Assembly (NCBI GenBank): GCA_963846005.1
Contig: CAWJUH010000003.1
Coordinates: 803,992-867,991, forward strand
Origin: an uncultured Actinomycetota bacterium
GTDB lineage: Bacteria; Actinomycetota; Actinomycetes; Streptosporangiales; Streptosporangiaceae
Direction: 5' to 3'
Length of the DNA stretch: 64,000 bases
Shown here: positions 25,978-35,882 of the stretch, piece after piece
Layout of the letters: every line of letters begins with the position of its first letter
Numbering within the stretch: position 1 is the stretch's first letter
Notes under the pieces: model-generated
Seen by the model: only the letters and a program-made list of their open reading frames with translations
What the model was told of the DNA's origin: nothing
Database searches by the model: none
Position numbers and translations under genes: made by a program

Positions 25978-28242
25978 TTAGCCGTGCTTGCGGTGCGGCG
26001 GATTGCCGCCCCCGTTGCCGCCGCCATTGCCCCCGCCGTTGCCGCCCTTTCCGCCCCCGCCGCCGGGCTTGGGCTTGGGGCTGCTCGGCGGCTTCGGCGC
26101 AACCTGGCCGTTGCCCTGCGCGTACAGCGGGCTGAGCGGCGAGAGGGCCACGAACGGCACCGCGGGCAGGCCGAGATGCTCGAAGGTCAGCTGCCAGGTG
26201 TTACCGGGCGCATCGGCGCCGAACATCTGGCCCGGGCAGCTGTACCCGCCGCTCGACGTCCGGTAGCAGGAGTCGCCGCCGACCATCGGGTGGCCCTGCG
26301 GGCTGACCGGGTTGAAGACCGACACGTAGCCCGTCAGCTTGGGCGTATAGCCGGCGAAGGCGGCGTAGTAGCCGGAGTTGGCCGTCCCGGTCTTCGCGGC
26401 GGCCGGTATCCCGATGCCCAGCCCCGCCCCGGTGGCGCCGGGGGCGGTGAGGACGCCCTGCAGGATGTAGTTGGCCGCGTCGGCGACCGGGGTCGGCAGC
26501 GCGCGATGGCAGCCGCGGGAGGCGATCGGCAGGCGCTGCCCGGCCACCGTGACGATGCTGGTGATGGCGGTGGGCTTGCAGTACATGCCGCGCGCGGCGA
26601 CCGTGGCGTACGCCGCGGCCATGCTCATCGGCGACACCGGCACGGCCCCGAGGGTGAACGAGCTGACGTTGTCGGCCGACGGCTGCCCGAGCCTGCGGTC
26701 CGGCTTCAGCAGCGACTTGCCGTCGACGAAGGTCATGCCCACGCTCGCGGCGGTCTTCACGACGTTGCACAGGCCGACCTTCTGCTCCAGCCCCACGAAG
26801 AACACGTTGATCGACTGGGTGGTCCCGGTGTACAGGGTGGCGGTGCCGCTGCCCTTGCCCTCGGCGTTGGTGAACGAGGCGGGCGGGACGTACTGGCCCT
26901 TGCAGCTGGTGAAGGGCCCGATGTAGTTAGGCGACTTGTAGGGCGCGCTGTAGCCGAACGGGATGCCCTGCTTGAGCGCCGTGAGCAGGGTGAACAGCTT
27001 GGACGAGGAACCGGTCTGCACTCCGGCGCGGCTCCCGTCGTAGGGCGTGTTGACGGCATAGTCGACGGTGGTCTGCCCGCGGGCGAAGCCGTAGGTGCGG
27101 TTTTCCGCGATGGCGCGGATCGCGCCGGTGCCCGGCTGGATCAGCACCTCGGTGTCGGCGTCGCCGTTCGGGTTGTAGGCGCCGCCGCGGGCCGGCTGCA
27201 CGAACCTCGTGGCGTAGTTGGCGGCTGCCTGGTCATGCGGGTTGAGCGTGGTGTAGATCTTCAGGCCGCCTACGGTGTTGAGCATCGACTCGGCCCTGGC
27301 GAACGCCTTCTGCTTGCGCATGATCGCGAACACGTAGTCGCAGAAGAACGCGGACGTCTTCGCGGACGCCGCCGTGCACCCGCTCTGCAGCGTGGTGGAG
27401 TGCGTGTTCAGCCCGAGCGGCTTGGCCTCCGCCGCGGCGGCCTGCTGCTTGGTGATGTAGTGCAGCTGCGCCATCCGGGCCAGCACCGTGTTCCGGCGGG
27501 CTTTCGCGTTCTTCGGGTACAGCAGCGGGTCGTAGGCCACCGGGTTCTCCACCAGGCCGGCCATCAGCGCCGACTGGTCCAGGTCCAGCCTGGCCGCGGT
27601 GGTGGAGAAGTACCGCTTGGCCGCGACCTGGATCCCGTACGCCCCGTTCTCGAAGTAGGCCACGCTGAGGTAGGCGGCCAGCAGCTGCCGCTTGGTCAGC
27701 GCGTGCTCGACGATCGCCGCCTCGCGCAGCTCGCGCAGCTTGCGCGACAGGGTGTCCTGGTAGCAGACCTGCTTCTGCTTGGCGTTGGGCGCGGTCAGGA
27801 TGCACGCGTTCTTGACGTACTGCTGGGCCAGCGTCGAGGCGCCCTGGATCGGCTGGTGCGACAGGTCGTTCACGATGGCGCGCGCGGTGCCGTGCAGGTC
27901 GAATGCGCCGTGCTGGTAGAAGCGGTAGTCCTCGATGGCCACGATCGCGTTGCGCATGTCCGGCGAGATCTGGTCGTAGTTCACCGGCACCCGGTCGATG
28001 TCGTTCGGGTAGTAGTACGCGATCAGGTGGCCGCGGCTGTCCAGGATCTCCGAGCGCTGCGGCACGGTCCCGAGGTGGGGGACCTTGAGCGTGTCGAAGC
28101 TCTGCGCGGCGTCCCGGACGGCCACGCCGACCACGCCTACAACCGGCAGCGCAACGCCGCCGGCCAGCAATCCGGAGATCACGGCCAGGACGAGGATCAG
28201 GCCTATTGCAGCCGCGCCGGCGCGGCGCCCCGAGGTCAGCAC
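25978..28242 (-). CDS. Class A penicillin-binding protein (transglycosylase/transpeptidase; PonA2-like)
   Basis: N-terminal TM, GT51 region (EDYRFYQHGAFD), SxxK (TGSSSKLF), C-terminal Gly/Asn-rich tail. Confidence 0.8.
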   Translation of the reverse strand: MLTSGRRAGAAAIGLILVLAVISGLLAGGVALPVVGVVGVAVRDAAQSFDTLKVPHLGTVPQRSEILDSRGHLIAYYYPNDIDRVPVNYDQISPDMRNAIVAIEDYRFYQHGAFDLHGTARAIVNDLSHQPIQGASTLAQQYVKNACILTAPNAKQKQVCYQDTLSRKLRELREAAIVEHALTKRQLLAAYLSVAYFENGAYGIQVAAKRYFSTTAARLDLDQSALMAGLVENPVAYDPLLYPKNAKARRNTVLARMAQLHYITKQQAAAAEAKPLGLNTHSTTLQSGCTAASAKTSAFFCDYVFAIMRKQKAFARAESMLNTVGGLKIYTTLNPHDQAAANYATRFVQPARGGAYNPNGDADTEVLIQPGTGAIRAIAENRTYGFARGQTTVDYAVNTPYDGSRAGVQTGSSSKLFTLLTALKQGIPFGYSAPYKSPNYIGPFTSCKGQYVPPASFTNAEGKGSGTATLYTGTTQSINVFFVGLEQKVGLCNVVKTAASVGMTFVDGKSLLKPDRRLGQPSADNVSSFTLGAVPVSPMSMAAAYATVAARGMYCKPTAITSIVTVAGQRLPIASRGCHRALPTPVADAANYILQGVLTAPGATGAGLGIGIPAAAKTGTANSGYYAAFAGYTPKLTGYVSVFNPVSPQGHPMVGGDSCYRTSSGGYSCPGQMFGADAPGNTWQLTFEHLGLPAVPFVALSPLSPLYAQGNGQVAPKPPSSPKPKPGGGGGKGGNGGGNGGGNGGGNPPHRKHG

Positions 28243-28597
28243 CCGTTCAGGTTACGCTGGCTCGCGCCTGCCGATGACGCAACCGACAGACCAGGGAGGA
28301 TTGTCTGCAGCACGCGCGGCCTTTGGCCGTGCACGGGGGATTCGGCAGCTCAGCCGCCTGACCTGAGGGCGCAGCGCAGCCGGTGACTAGTTACCGGCCC
28401 GTGTCTAGCCCATCAGGGCTATGCGGGAAATGAGCCTGCCGGGGGCTAGCGCTGCAGCCCCACGCCCCCGTAAGTTACTCTTCCGCGACCATCACTTACG
28501 GGGACGTGCGGCTCGCGCCGCCGCCCTTGAGCCGCAAATGCTGCCAACCGGTCATCAGCCATTTGCGGAGCGTGACGATCAGGAGGAGTTGGGCTAC

Positions 28598-28897
28598 ATG
28601 TGGATCACGGACTGGACTGCCCGCGCCGCGTGTAAGGGGACTGACCCAGACGAGCTCTTCGTCCAGGGCGCGGCGCAGAACCGGGCCAAGCTGATCTGCC
28701 GCGGCTGCCCCGTCCGCACCGAGTGCCTCGCGGACGCGCTGGACAACCGGATCGAGTTCGGGGTCTGGGGCGGGATGACCGAGCGCGAGCGCCGCGCGCT
28801 GCTGCGCCGCCGCCCGGACGTCGTTTCCTGGCGTGACCTGCTCGAGAACGCCCGCAACCATTACGAGCGCAGCGGCGACGAGCTGGTCGCCAGCTGA
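28598..28897 (+). CDS. whiB: WhiB-family transcriptional regulator (WhiB4-like by synteny)
   Basis: Four Cys (C...C..C....C) and GVWGG motif; AGGAGG RBS. Confidence 0.75.
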   Translation: MWITDWTARAACKGTDPDELFVQGAAQNRAKLICRGCPVRTECLADALDNRIEFGVWGGMTERERRALLRRRPDVVSWRDLLENARNHYERSGDELVAS

Positions 28898-28998
28898 TCG
28901 CCGGCCCTTCGGGGCCGCCCGCCGCGCGCCAGGTCCGGCCGATCACGCCGGGTTAGCTTTAAGTAACCCCCTGTTACAAAACTGAAGTCCGCAACAAG

Positions 28999-30174
28999 CT
29001 ATGCGGCGCCGAAACCCGCGCCGATTGCGCGCAGCCCGTCCAGATCGTGGACGTCCTCCGGCTGCGCCGGGATCTCCGCCACCGGGACCAGCGGGTGCGC
29101 CGCGGTGAAGTGCTCGGCCATCCGCCGCTCGGCGGCCCGCTGGGTCATCCGCTCCGCGTGCAGCCGCAGCGCCGTGACGGCCAGCCCGTAGTCACCGTCG
29201 CCGGAGGCAGCGGTCAGGGTCTCCGCCGCGGCCAGGCTGCGCGGCGCGGACAGCCGGGCCGCGGGCGAACGGTGCACCCGGTTCAGCAGCAGGCCGGCCA
29301 GCGGCATGCCCTCGGCCGCCAGCCGCTCCACGAAATACGACGCCTCCCGCAGCGCGTCCGGTTCGGGTGCCGCGATGACCAGGAATGACGTGCCAGGCGC
29401 GCGCAGCAGCTGATAGGTGGAGTCGGCCCGTTCCCGGAAGCCGCCGAACATGGTGTCCAGCGCGGTCACGAAGGTGGAGGCATCCCGCAGCACCTGGGCG
29501 CCGAGGATCTTGGTCAGGATCGAGGTCATCATCCCGAACCCGGCCGTGAACACCTTCAGGTAGGCGCGGCCGCCGAGCTTGGCCGGGGAGGTCAGCAGCC
29601 GCAGCAGCCGCCCGTCCAGGAACCGGCCGAGCCGCTGCGGGGCGTCCAGGAAGTCCAGCGCGGACCGGCTCGGCGGGGTGTCCACCACGATCAGGTCCCA
29701 CTCGTCGGCCCGGCGCAGCTGGCCGAGCTTTTCCATCGCCATGTACTCCTGAGTGCCGGAGAAGCTGGACGACAGGGACTGGTAGAAGGGGTTGGCCAGG
29801 ATCTGGGCCGCCCGGTCGGGGTCCGCGTGCTGCTCGACGATCTCGTCGAATGTCCGCTTCATGTCGAGCATCATCGCGTGCATGCTGCCGGCGTCCTCGC
29901 CGCCGTCCAGGCCCTCGGCGGGCACCGGCCGCGGGGTGTTGTCCAGCGAGGACAGCCCCATGGCCTGGGCCAGCCTGCGGGCCGGGTCCACGGTCAGCAC
30001 GACCACGTGCCGGCCCCGCTCGGCCGCCCGCAGCCCGATCGCCGCGGCGGTGGTGGTCTTGCCCACCCCGCCCGAGCCGCAGCACACGATGATGCGCGTC
30101 CGCCGGTCGTCGATCAGCCGGTCCACGCCCAGGGCCGGCGCCAGTTCCGGCCCGGCCGCCCGGTCCGCGGCCAT
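28999..30174 (-). CDS. ArsA/GET3-family ATPase
   Basis: P-loop CCGSGGVGKTTTAAA. Confidence 0.7.
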   Translation of the reverse strand: MAADRAAGPELAPALGVDRLIDDRRTRIIVCCGSGGVGKTTTAAAIGLRAAERGRHVVVLTVDPARRLAQAMGLSSLDNTPRPVPAEGLDGGEDAGSMHAMMLDMKRTFDEIVEQHADPDRAAQILANPFYQSLSSSFSGTQEYMAMEKLGQLRRADEWDLIVVDTPPSRSALDFLDAPQRLGRFLDGRLLRLLTSPAKLGGRAYLKVFTAGFGMMTSILTKILGAQVLRDASTFVTALDTMFGGFRERADSTYQLLRAPGTSFLVIAAPEPDALREASYFVERLAAEGMPLAGLLLNRVHRSPAARLSAPRSLAAAETLTAASGDGDYGLAVTALRLHAERMTQRAAERRMAEHFTAAHPLVPVAEIPAQPEDVHDLDGLRAIGAGFGAA

Positions 30175-31274
30175 CAGCCCGCCCCCTGCTCGCGCAGCAG
30201 CGCGGCGAGCCGGTACAGGCCCGCCAGGTCCATCCCGTCGGTGATGACCGGCAGCTCGTAGACCGGCCGGCCTGGCTCGTCCAGCCGCTGTCGCTGCACC
30301 TGCTGGGCGAGCGCGGTGCGGGCCTGGTCGGTCAGCTCGGCGACCAGGTCGGCGGCCAGCCCGCGGCTGTCGTCCAGGCCGGCCGTCTTCAGCCCGACCG
30401 CCAGCTCGCCGGGGTCCAGCCGCCCGGCCGCGACGGCGGCGAGCTGATCGCCGGGCAGGTCCAGCGGGCGGGTCATGTTGACCACGATCGCGCCGGGCGC
30501 GATCGGGCCGCCGGGCAGGCCGCGCAGCTCCTCGATGCCGTCCAGCGTCTCCTGCACCGGCATCTCCTCCAGCAGCGTGACGAAGTGCACCGCGGTCTGC
30601 GGCGACCGGATCACGTTCTGCACGCTGGTGGCGTGGCCATGGATCGGGCCCACCCTGGCCAGCCCGGACACCTCCGAGGTCACATTCAGGAACCGGCCGA
30701 TCCGGCCCGTCGGCGGGGCGTCCATGACCACCGCGTCGTACACCCGCTTGCCGCCGGACCGGCGCCGCACGGCCTCGGCCGCCTTGCCGGTCAGCAGCAC
30801 GTCGCGCAGCCCCGGCGCGATCGTGGTGGCGAAGTCGATGACGCCGAGCTTGGTCAGCGCGGTGCCCGCGTGCCGCAGGTTGTAGAACATCTCCAGGTAC
30901 TCGATCAGCGCGGACTCGGGGTCGGCGACCAGCGCGTACACGTCCCCGCCCGGGCGCGGCGCCGCGGCCGGGGCCACCGCGATCTTCCGCTCGGAGTAGG
31001 GCAGCGGCGGCGAGTCGAACAGCTGGGCGATCCCCTGCCGGCCCTCGACCTCCATCAGCAGCACCCGCTGGCCGGCCGAGGCGAGGGCGAGCGCGAGCGC
31101 CCCGGCCACCGTCGTCTTGCCGGTGCCGCCCTTGCCGGTCACGACGTGCAGCCGCACGCCTTCCCAGTCGGTGTCCCGAGTGCGCACTCCAAGGAGGCTA
31201 TCCGGGCCCGGCCACCAGGCGGTCCGGCCCCTGGCCGGCGCCGATGTCACCAGGCTGTGCCGCCGCCGTGACAT
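30174..31274 (-). CDS. ArsA/GET3-family ATPase (paired)
   Basis: P-loop VVTGKGGTGKTTVA; start/stop overlap with downstream paralog. Confidence 0.7.
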   Translation of the reverse strand: MSRRRHSLVTSAPARGRTAWWPGPDSLLGVRTRDTDWEGVRLHVVTGKGGTGKTTVAGALALALASAGQRVLLMEVEGRQGIAQLFDSPPLPYSERKIAVAPAAAPRPGGDVYALVADPESALIEYLEMFYNLRHAGTALTKLGVIDFATTIAPGLRDVLLTGKAAEAVRRRSGGKRVYDAVVMDAPPTGRIGRFLNVTSEVSGLARVGPIHGHATSVQNVIRSPQTAVHFVTLLEEMPVQETLDGIEELRGLPGGPIAPGAIVVNMTRPLDLPGDQLAAVAAGRLDPGELAVGLKTAGLDDSRGLAADLVAELTDQARTALAQQVQRQRLDEPGRPVYELPVITDGMDLAGLYRLAALLREQGAG

Positions 31275-31357
31275 CCCGGTGCCGGCCGCGGCCGCATGCT
31301 CACTAATGTGGGTATTGAGTGACCCACGTCACCAGCTCCCCGAAGGAAGTGTTCCGC

Positions 31358-32644
31358 ATGGTGGAAGCGCTGCTGATCATCCTCATCGTCCTGATCGTGG
31401 CCGGGGCGATCACCGTGGGCAAGTCGATCCGGGTCGTGCAGCAGTACGAGCAGGGCATCGTGTTCCGGTTCGGCCGCGTGCTGGAGGGCCCGCGGCAGGC
31501 GGGCCTGACGATCATCCGCCCGTTCGGCGACCGGCTGCAGAAGGTCAACATGCAGATCGTCGCCATGGCCGTCCCGGCCCAGGAGGGCATCACCAGGGAC
31601 AACGTCAGCGTCCGGGTGGACGCCGTGGTCTACTTCCGGGTGGTCGACCCGATCAAGGCCACCATCAACGTGCAGAACTACCTGTTCGCCGTGTCCCAGC
31701 AGGCCCAGACGTCGCTGCGCTCCATCATCGGCCAGTCCGAGATGGACCAGCTGCTGGCCGAGCGCGACACGGTGAACCGGGAGTTGCGCCGCATCATCGA
31801 CGAGCCGACCGAAGGGCCGTGGGGGGTGCGGGTCGAGCGGGTCGAGATCAAGGACGTGTCGCTGCCGGAGGGCATGAAGCGGTCGATGTCGCGGCAGGCC
31901 GAGGCCGAGCGGGAGCGGCGCGCCAGGATCATCACCGCCGACGGCGAGTACCAGGCTTCCAAGCGGCTGGCCGCGGCGGCCAACGTGATGGCCCGCGACC
32001 CGGCGGCGCTGCAGCTGCGGCTGCTGCAGACGGTGGTGGAGGTGGCCGGCGAGCGCAACAGCACGCTGGTCATGCCGATCCCGGTGGAGCTGCTCCGGTT
32101 CTTCGACAAGCTCGCGCCCGGCCAGACCGCCCCGCCGCCCGGCGATTCCGCCTCGCAGGCCGACTACGGCGACGACGCGGTGGCCGAGGCCGAGGCGGCG
32201 TCCGAGCTCGGCGGCTCGCACGCCGACCCGCTGCAGATCCCGGACGTGCCGCCGATCCCCGAGCTCACCGGCCAGGACACCGGGGCCGCCCCGCAGCCCG
32301 CCGGCCTCGCGCAGCCCGCTGACACCGCGCCAGCCGTGGACACCGCGCAAGCCGTGGACACCGCGCAAGCCGCTGGCACCGCGCAAGCCGCTGGCACCGC
32401 GCCGCCCGCCGACGACATCGCGCCAGCCGCCGGGACCGCGCCGCCCGCGGACGCGGCGCAGCCGGCTGACACCGTGCGGGCGGGCAGGCAGGACGATCCG
32501 GCCGTCCCGCCCGGCGGGCTGGGCTCCTTCCCGTCCGCAGCGCCGGCCACCGCGGTCGGCCCCGGCCAGTTCCCGCCCGGCGCGCCCGGGAACGGCAATC
32601 AGCCCGGCCGGCCGGACGAGGACGGCGAGCGGCCGGGCGGCTAG
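31358..32644 (+). CDS. SPFH/band-7 (stomatin-like) membrane protein with repetitive Ala/Pro/Asp-rich C-terminal tail
   Basis: N-terminal TM then SPFH core (VVQQYEQGIVFRFGRV...); 18-bp in-frame repeats at 32333..32404. Confidence 0.75.
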   Translation: MVEALLIILIVLIVAGAITVGKSIRVVQQYEQGIVFRFGRVLEGPRQAGLTIIRPFGDRLQKVNMQIVAMAVPAQEGITRDNVSVRVDAVVYFRVVDPIKATINVQNYLFAVSQQAQTSLRSIIGQSEMDQLLAERDTVNRELRRIIDEPTEGPWGVRVERVEIKDVSLPEGMKRSMSRQAEAERERRARIITADGEYQASKRLAAAANVMARDPAALQLRLLQTVVEVAGERNSTLVMPIPVELLRFFDKLAPGQTAPPPGDSASQADYGDDAVAEAEAASELGGSHADPLQIPDVPPIPELTGQDTGAAPQPAGLAQPADTAPAVDTAQAVDTAQAAGTAQAAGTAPPADDIAPAAGTAPPADAAQPADTVRAGRQDDPAVPPGGLGSFPSAAPATAVGPGQFPPGAPGNGNQPGRPDEDGERPGG

Positions 32645-32693
32645 GGCCCGGCCGCGGCCGCTAGGGCCCGGCCGCGGCCGCTAGGGTTCGGCT

Positions 32694-32849
32694 ATGGCCA
32701 AATGGGAGTACGCAACCGTGCCACTGCTCGTGCACGCGACCAAGCAGATCCTCGACAACTGGGGCGATGACGGCTGGGAGCTGGTCACCGTGATCCCCGG
32801 GCCCAATCCCGAGCAGCTGGTCGCCTACCTGAAGCGGGAGAAGGCGTGA
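32694..32849 (+). CDS. DUF4177-like small protein (51 aa; below ORF-track cutoff)
   Basis: ATG at 32694, stop 32847-32849; MAKWEYATVPLLVHATKQILDNWGDDGWELVTVIPG. Confidence 0.5.
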   Translation: MAKWEYATVPLLVHATKQILDNWGDDGWELVTVIPGPNPEQLVAYLKREKA

Positions 32850-33322
32850 CCGGTGCGGCCGGCGGGTCACCCGCGGCCCGGCTGGCCGGACTGGGGCTGA
32901 GGCTGCCGGCCGTCGTCGCGCCGCTGGCCGCTTACGTGCCGGCGGTGCGGGCCGGCAGTTACGTCTACACCGCGGGCCAGCTGCCGATGGCCGACGGGAA
33001 GCTGCTGGCGACCGGGAAGGTCGGCGCCGGGGTGACGGCGGAGCAGGCGGCCGAGCTGGCCAGGACCTGCGCGCTGAACGCGCTCGCCGCGGCGGCCGGC
33101 GCGGCCGGCGGCCTGGACGCGATCACCCGGATCGTCAAGGTCACCGGCTTCGTGGCCAGCGCGCCGGACTTCACCGGGCAGCCGCACGTGGTCAACGGGG
33201 CCAGTGAGCTGCTGGTCGAGGTGTTCGGCGAGGCGGCCGGCACGCGCGCAGCGCCGTCGGCACCGCGGTACTGCCGCTGGACGCGCCGGTGGAAATCGAG
33301 CTGATCGCCGAGGTAGATGACT
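32846..33322 (+). pseudogene. ridA: RidA (YjgF/L-PSP) family gene with apparent frameshift near 33235
   Basis: Canonical C-terminus HARSAVGTAVLPLDAPVEIELIAEVDD is in the +1 frame relative to the N-terminal 5/6; stop at 33320-33322 overlaps next gene start. Confidence 0.55.
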
Positions 33323-34210
33323 GACCCGCCTGCCGATCAGCACGAGCCGGACGGGCCCGGGCCGGCCGAGGCGGGAGAGGTGCGGATCCGGTTCCCCGGG
33401 CAGCTGGCCGAGCAGGCCAGGGACATCGTCGCGGGCCGCCGCACCCCGGCCCAGCCGCGGGACGCGGCGACCGTCATGCTGCTGCGCCCGGCGGGCGGCG
33501 GCTTCGAGGTCTACATGCTGCGGCGCCAGCCGTCGATGGCGTTCGCGCCCGGCGTGTTCGTCTTCCCCGGCGGCGGCGTCGACCACCGCGACTCCGACTC
33601 CGAGGTGGCCTGGGCCGGGCCGGGCCCGGCCGAGTGGGGCGAGAACCTGGCCGCCCCGCCGCAGCTGGCCCGGGCGCTGGTCTGCGCGGCGGTGCGGGAG
33701 ACGTTCGAGGAGTCGGGCGTGCTGCTGGCCGGGCCGGATGCCGGCTCGGTGATCTCCGATACCACCAGCGAGGACTGGGAGGCCGACCGGCGGGCGCTGC
33801 TTGACCGGTCGCTGTCGCTGGCCGGGCTGCTGCGCCGCCGCGGGCTGGTGCTGCGCAGCGACCTGCTGCGCCCGTGGTCCCGGTGGATCACCCCGGCGGT
33901 CGAGGTCCGCCGCTACGACGCGCGGTTCTTCGCCGCGGCACTGCCGGCCGGCCAGCGCACCAGGGACGTCGGCGGCGAGGCCGCCGCGGTCGCCTGGATC
34001 ACCCCGCCCGCGGCGCTGGCCGCGGGCAGGCGGGGCGACATCGAGCTGTGGCCGCCCACCGCCGTGACGCTGGCCGAGCTCGCGTCCTGCGGCGGCCTGG
34101 ACGCGGCGCTGGCCGCCCCGCGCGAGGTGGCGGTGCGGATTCCCGAGGTGCTGCTGCGCGAGGGCGCCGCCTGGCTGACCGTGCCCGGGGTGCAGGAGTA
34201 TCCGCTGTGA
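33317..34210 (+). CDS. NUDIX hydrolase (CoA pyrophosphatase-like)
   Basis: Nudix box AAVRETFEESGV. Confidence 0.7.
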   Translation: MTDPPADQHEPDGPGPAEAGEVRIRFPGQLAEQARDIVAGRRTPAQPRDAATVMLLRPAGGGFEVYMLRRQPSMAFAPGVFVFPGGGVDHRDSDSEVAWAGPGPAEWGENLAAPPQLARALVCAAVRETFEESGVLLAGPDAGSVISDTTSEDWEADRRALLDRSLSLAGLLRRRGLVLRSDLLRPWSRWITPAVEVRRYDARFFAAALPAGQRTRDVGGEAAAVAWITPPAALAAGRRGDIELWPPTAVTLAELASCGGLDAALAAPREVAVRIPEVLLREGAAWLTVPGVQEYPL

Positions 34211-35079
34211 CCGCCGGGCCGCCCGGATCCGCGGCCGGCCCCGGCCCGGGCATCGACGGCTCCGGCACGGCCCGTGCGGTGTGCGTGCTGGCGCCCAACC
34301 CCTCGCCGATGACGCTGGACGGGACCAACACCTGGCTGATCGGCGAGCCGGGCTCGGACTCGGCCGCGGTCGTCGACCCGGGCCCGGACGACGCGGGCCA
34401 CCTGGACCGGATCACCGCCCGGGCGCAGGCGGCGGGGCAGCGGATCACCAGGATCCTGCTCACCCACGGGCACGCCGACCACAGCGCGGGGGCGGCCCGG
34501 CTGGCCCGGCAGACCGGCGCGCCGGTGCTCGCGGCCGACCCCGCGCACCGGCTCGGCGCCGAGGGGCTGCATCCGGGCGGGGCGGTCCTGGCGGGCGGCA
34601 CCGAGCTGCGGGTGATCGCCACCCCCGGGCACACGGCCGACTCGGTGTGCCTGCACCTGGCGGCCGATGGCGCTCTGCTCACCGGGGACACGGTGCTCGG
34701 CCGCGGCACCACGGTCATCGCGGAGGACGGCAGCCTGGCCGACTACCTGCGGTCGCTGGCCGCGCTGCGGGCGCTGGCCGGCGGCGCACCGGGCGGTGCC
34801 GGCGCCGGTTCCGGCGGGCTGAGCGTGCTGCTGCCCGGGCACGGGCCGCTGCTGCCCGACCCGGCCGGGACGCTCGACTTCTACCTGGCGCACCGGGCCG
34901 AGCGGCTAGCCGAGATCCGGGCCGCGATCGAGGCCGGGGACCGCAGCGCCGGGCAGATCGTCGCCCGGGTGTACGCCGCGGTGGACCGGTCCTTGTGGCC
35001 GTCAGCGGCCTGGTCGGTGCGCGCCCAGCTGGACTACCTAGCCAGCCGCGAAACCCTCCCCCCCGACCTGACCTGGTAA
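34207..35079 (+). CDS. MBL-fold metallo-hydrolase
   Basis: GTG start overlapping upstream stop; THGHADH motif. Confidence 0.7.
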   Translation: MTAGPPGSAAGPGPGIDGSGTARAVCVLAPNPSPMTLDGTNTWLIGEPGSDSAAVVDPGPDDAGHLDRITARAQAAGQRITRILLTHGHADHSAGAARLARQTGAPVLAADPAHRLGAEGLHPGGAVLAGGTELRVIATPGHTADSVCLHLAADGALLTGDTVLGRGTTVIAEDGSLADYLRSLAALRALAGGAPGGAGAGSGGLSVLLPGHGPLLPDPAGTLDFYLAHRAERLAEIRAAIEAGDRSAGQIVARVYAAVDRSLWPSAAWSVRAQLDYLASRETLPPDLTW

Positions 35080-35115
35080 GGAAGGCCAGCCTTTACCGCT
35101 GCACGGCCACCGGAG

Positions 35116-35799
35116 TTATCTCGCTCGCTTGCGGAGCCGCTCGGGGTCGATGAGCAGCACCGACTTGGCCGACAGCTGCACCCAGCCCCGGGCGACGAAG
35201 TCGGCGAGCGCCTTGTTGACCGTCTCCCGGGAGGCGCCGACCAGCTGAGCCAGCTCCTCCTGGGTCAGGTCGTGGTTGACCCGGACGCCGTCCTCCTGCT
35301 GCTCGCCGAACCGCTCCGACAGGTCGAGCAGCGCCTTGGCCACCCGGCCGGGCACGTCGGTGAAGACCAGGTCGGCCCGGTCGTCGTTGACCCGCCGCAG
35401 CCGCTGCGCCAGCGCCCGCAGCAGCGCCAGCGCCACCTCCGGGCGGGTGACCAGCCAGCCCCGCATGTAGTCGTGGGCCAGCCCGGCCAGCTTCGCGTCG
35501 GTGACGGCGGTCGCGCTGGAGGTGCGCGGCCGGGGGTCGAACAGGGACAGCTCGCCGAACATCTCGCCCGGCCCGTGCACCGACAGCAGGTTCTCCCGGC
35601 CGTCCGGCGCGGCCCGGCTGAGCTTGATCTTGCCGGACAAGATCACGTACAGCTTGTCCCCGGGCTCGTCCTCGCTGAACAGCCGCTCGCCCCGGGAGAT
35701 GTCGGTCACGGTCAGGCCGGTGCGCAGCGACTTCGCGTCGTCCGCCGACAGGTTCGCGAACAGCGGCGCCCGGCTCAGCATCTCGTCCGCTTGGGTCAC
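35116..35799 (-). CDS. crp: Crp/Fnr-family transcriptional regulator (cAMP receptor protein)
   Basis: cNMP-binding domain (GEMFGELSLFD) and C-terminal HTH (TQEELAQLVGASRETVNKAL). Confidence 0.85.
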   Translation of the reverse strand: MTQADEMLSRAPLFANLSADDAKSLRTGLTVTDISRGERLFSEDEPGDKLYVILSGKIKLSRAAPDGRENLLSVHGPGEMFGELSLFDPRPRTSSATAVTDAKLAGLAHDYMRGWLVTRPEVALALLRALAQRLRRVNDDRADLVFTDVPGRVAKALLDLSERFGEQQEDGVRVNHDLTQEELAQLVGASRETVNKALADFVARGWVQLSAKSVLLIDPERLRKRAR

Positions 35800-35882
35800 G
35801 GCTGCCTCCTGGCCATCATCCAGCTCTCAGTGTGCCCGCACTGCGCAGTGTGTCGTAACCGCACAGCCGAGCGGGAGGGGCG

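Noticed and set aside
25985-26080. Gly/Asn/Pro-rich tail of the PBP encoded by short GC-rich repeats
   Set aside because: A low-complexity C-terminal tail is common in actinobacterial class A PBPs and is not a separate feature.
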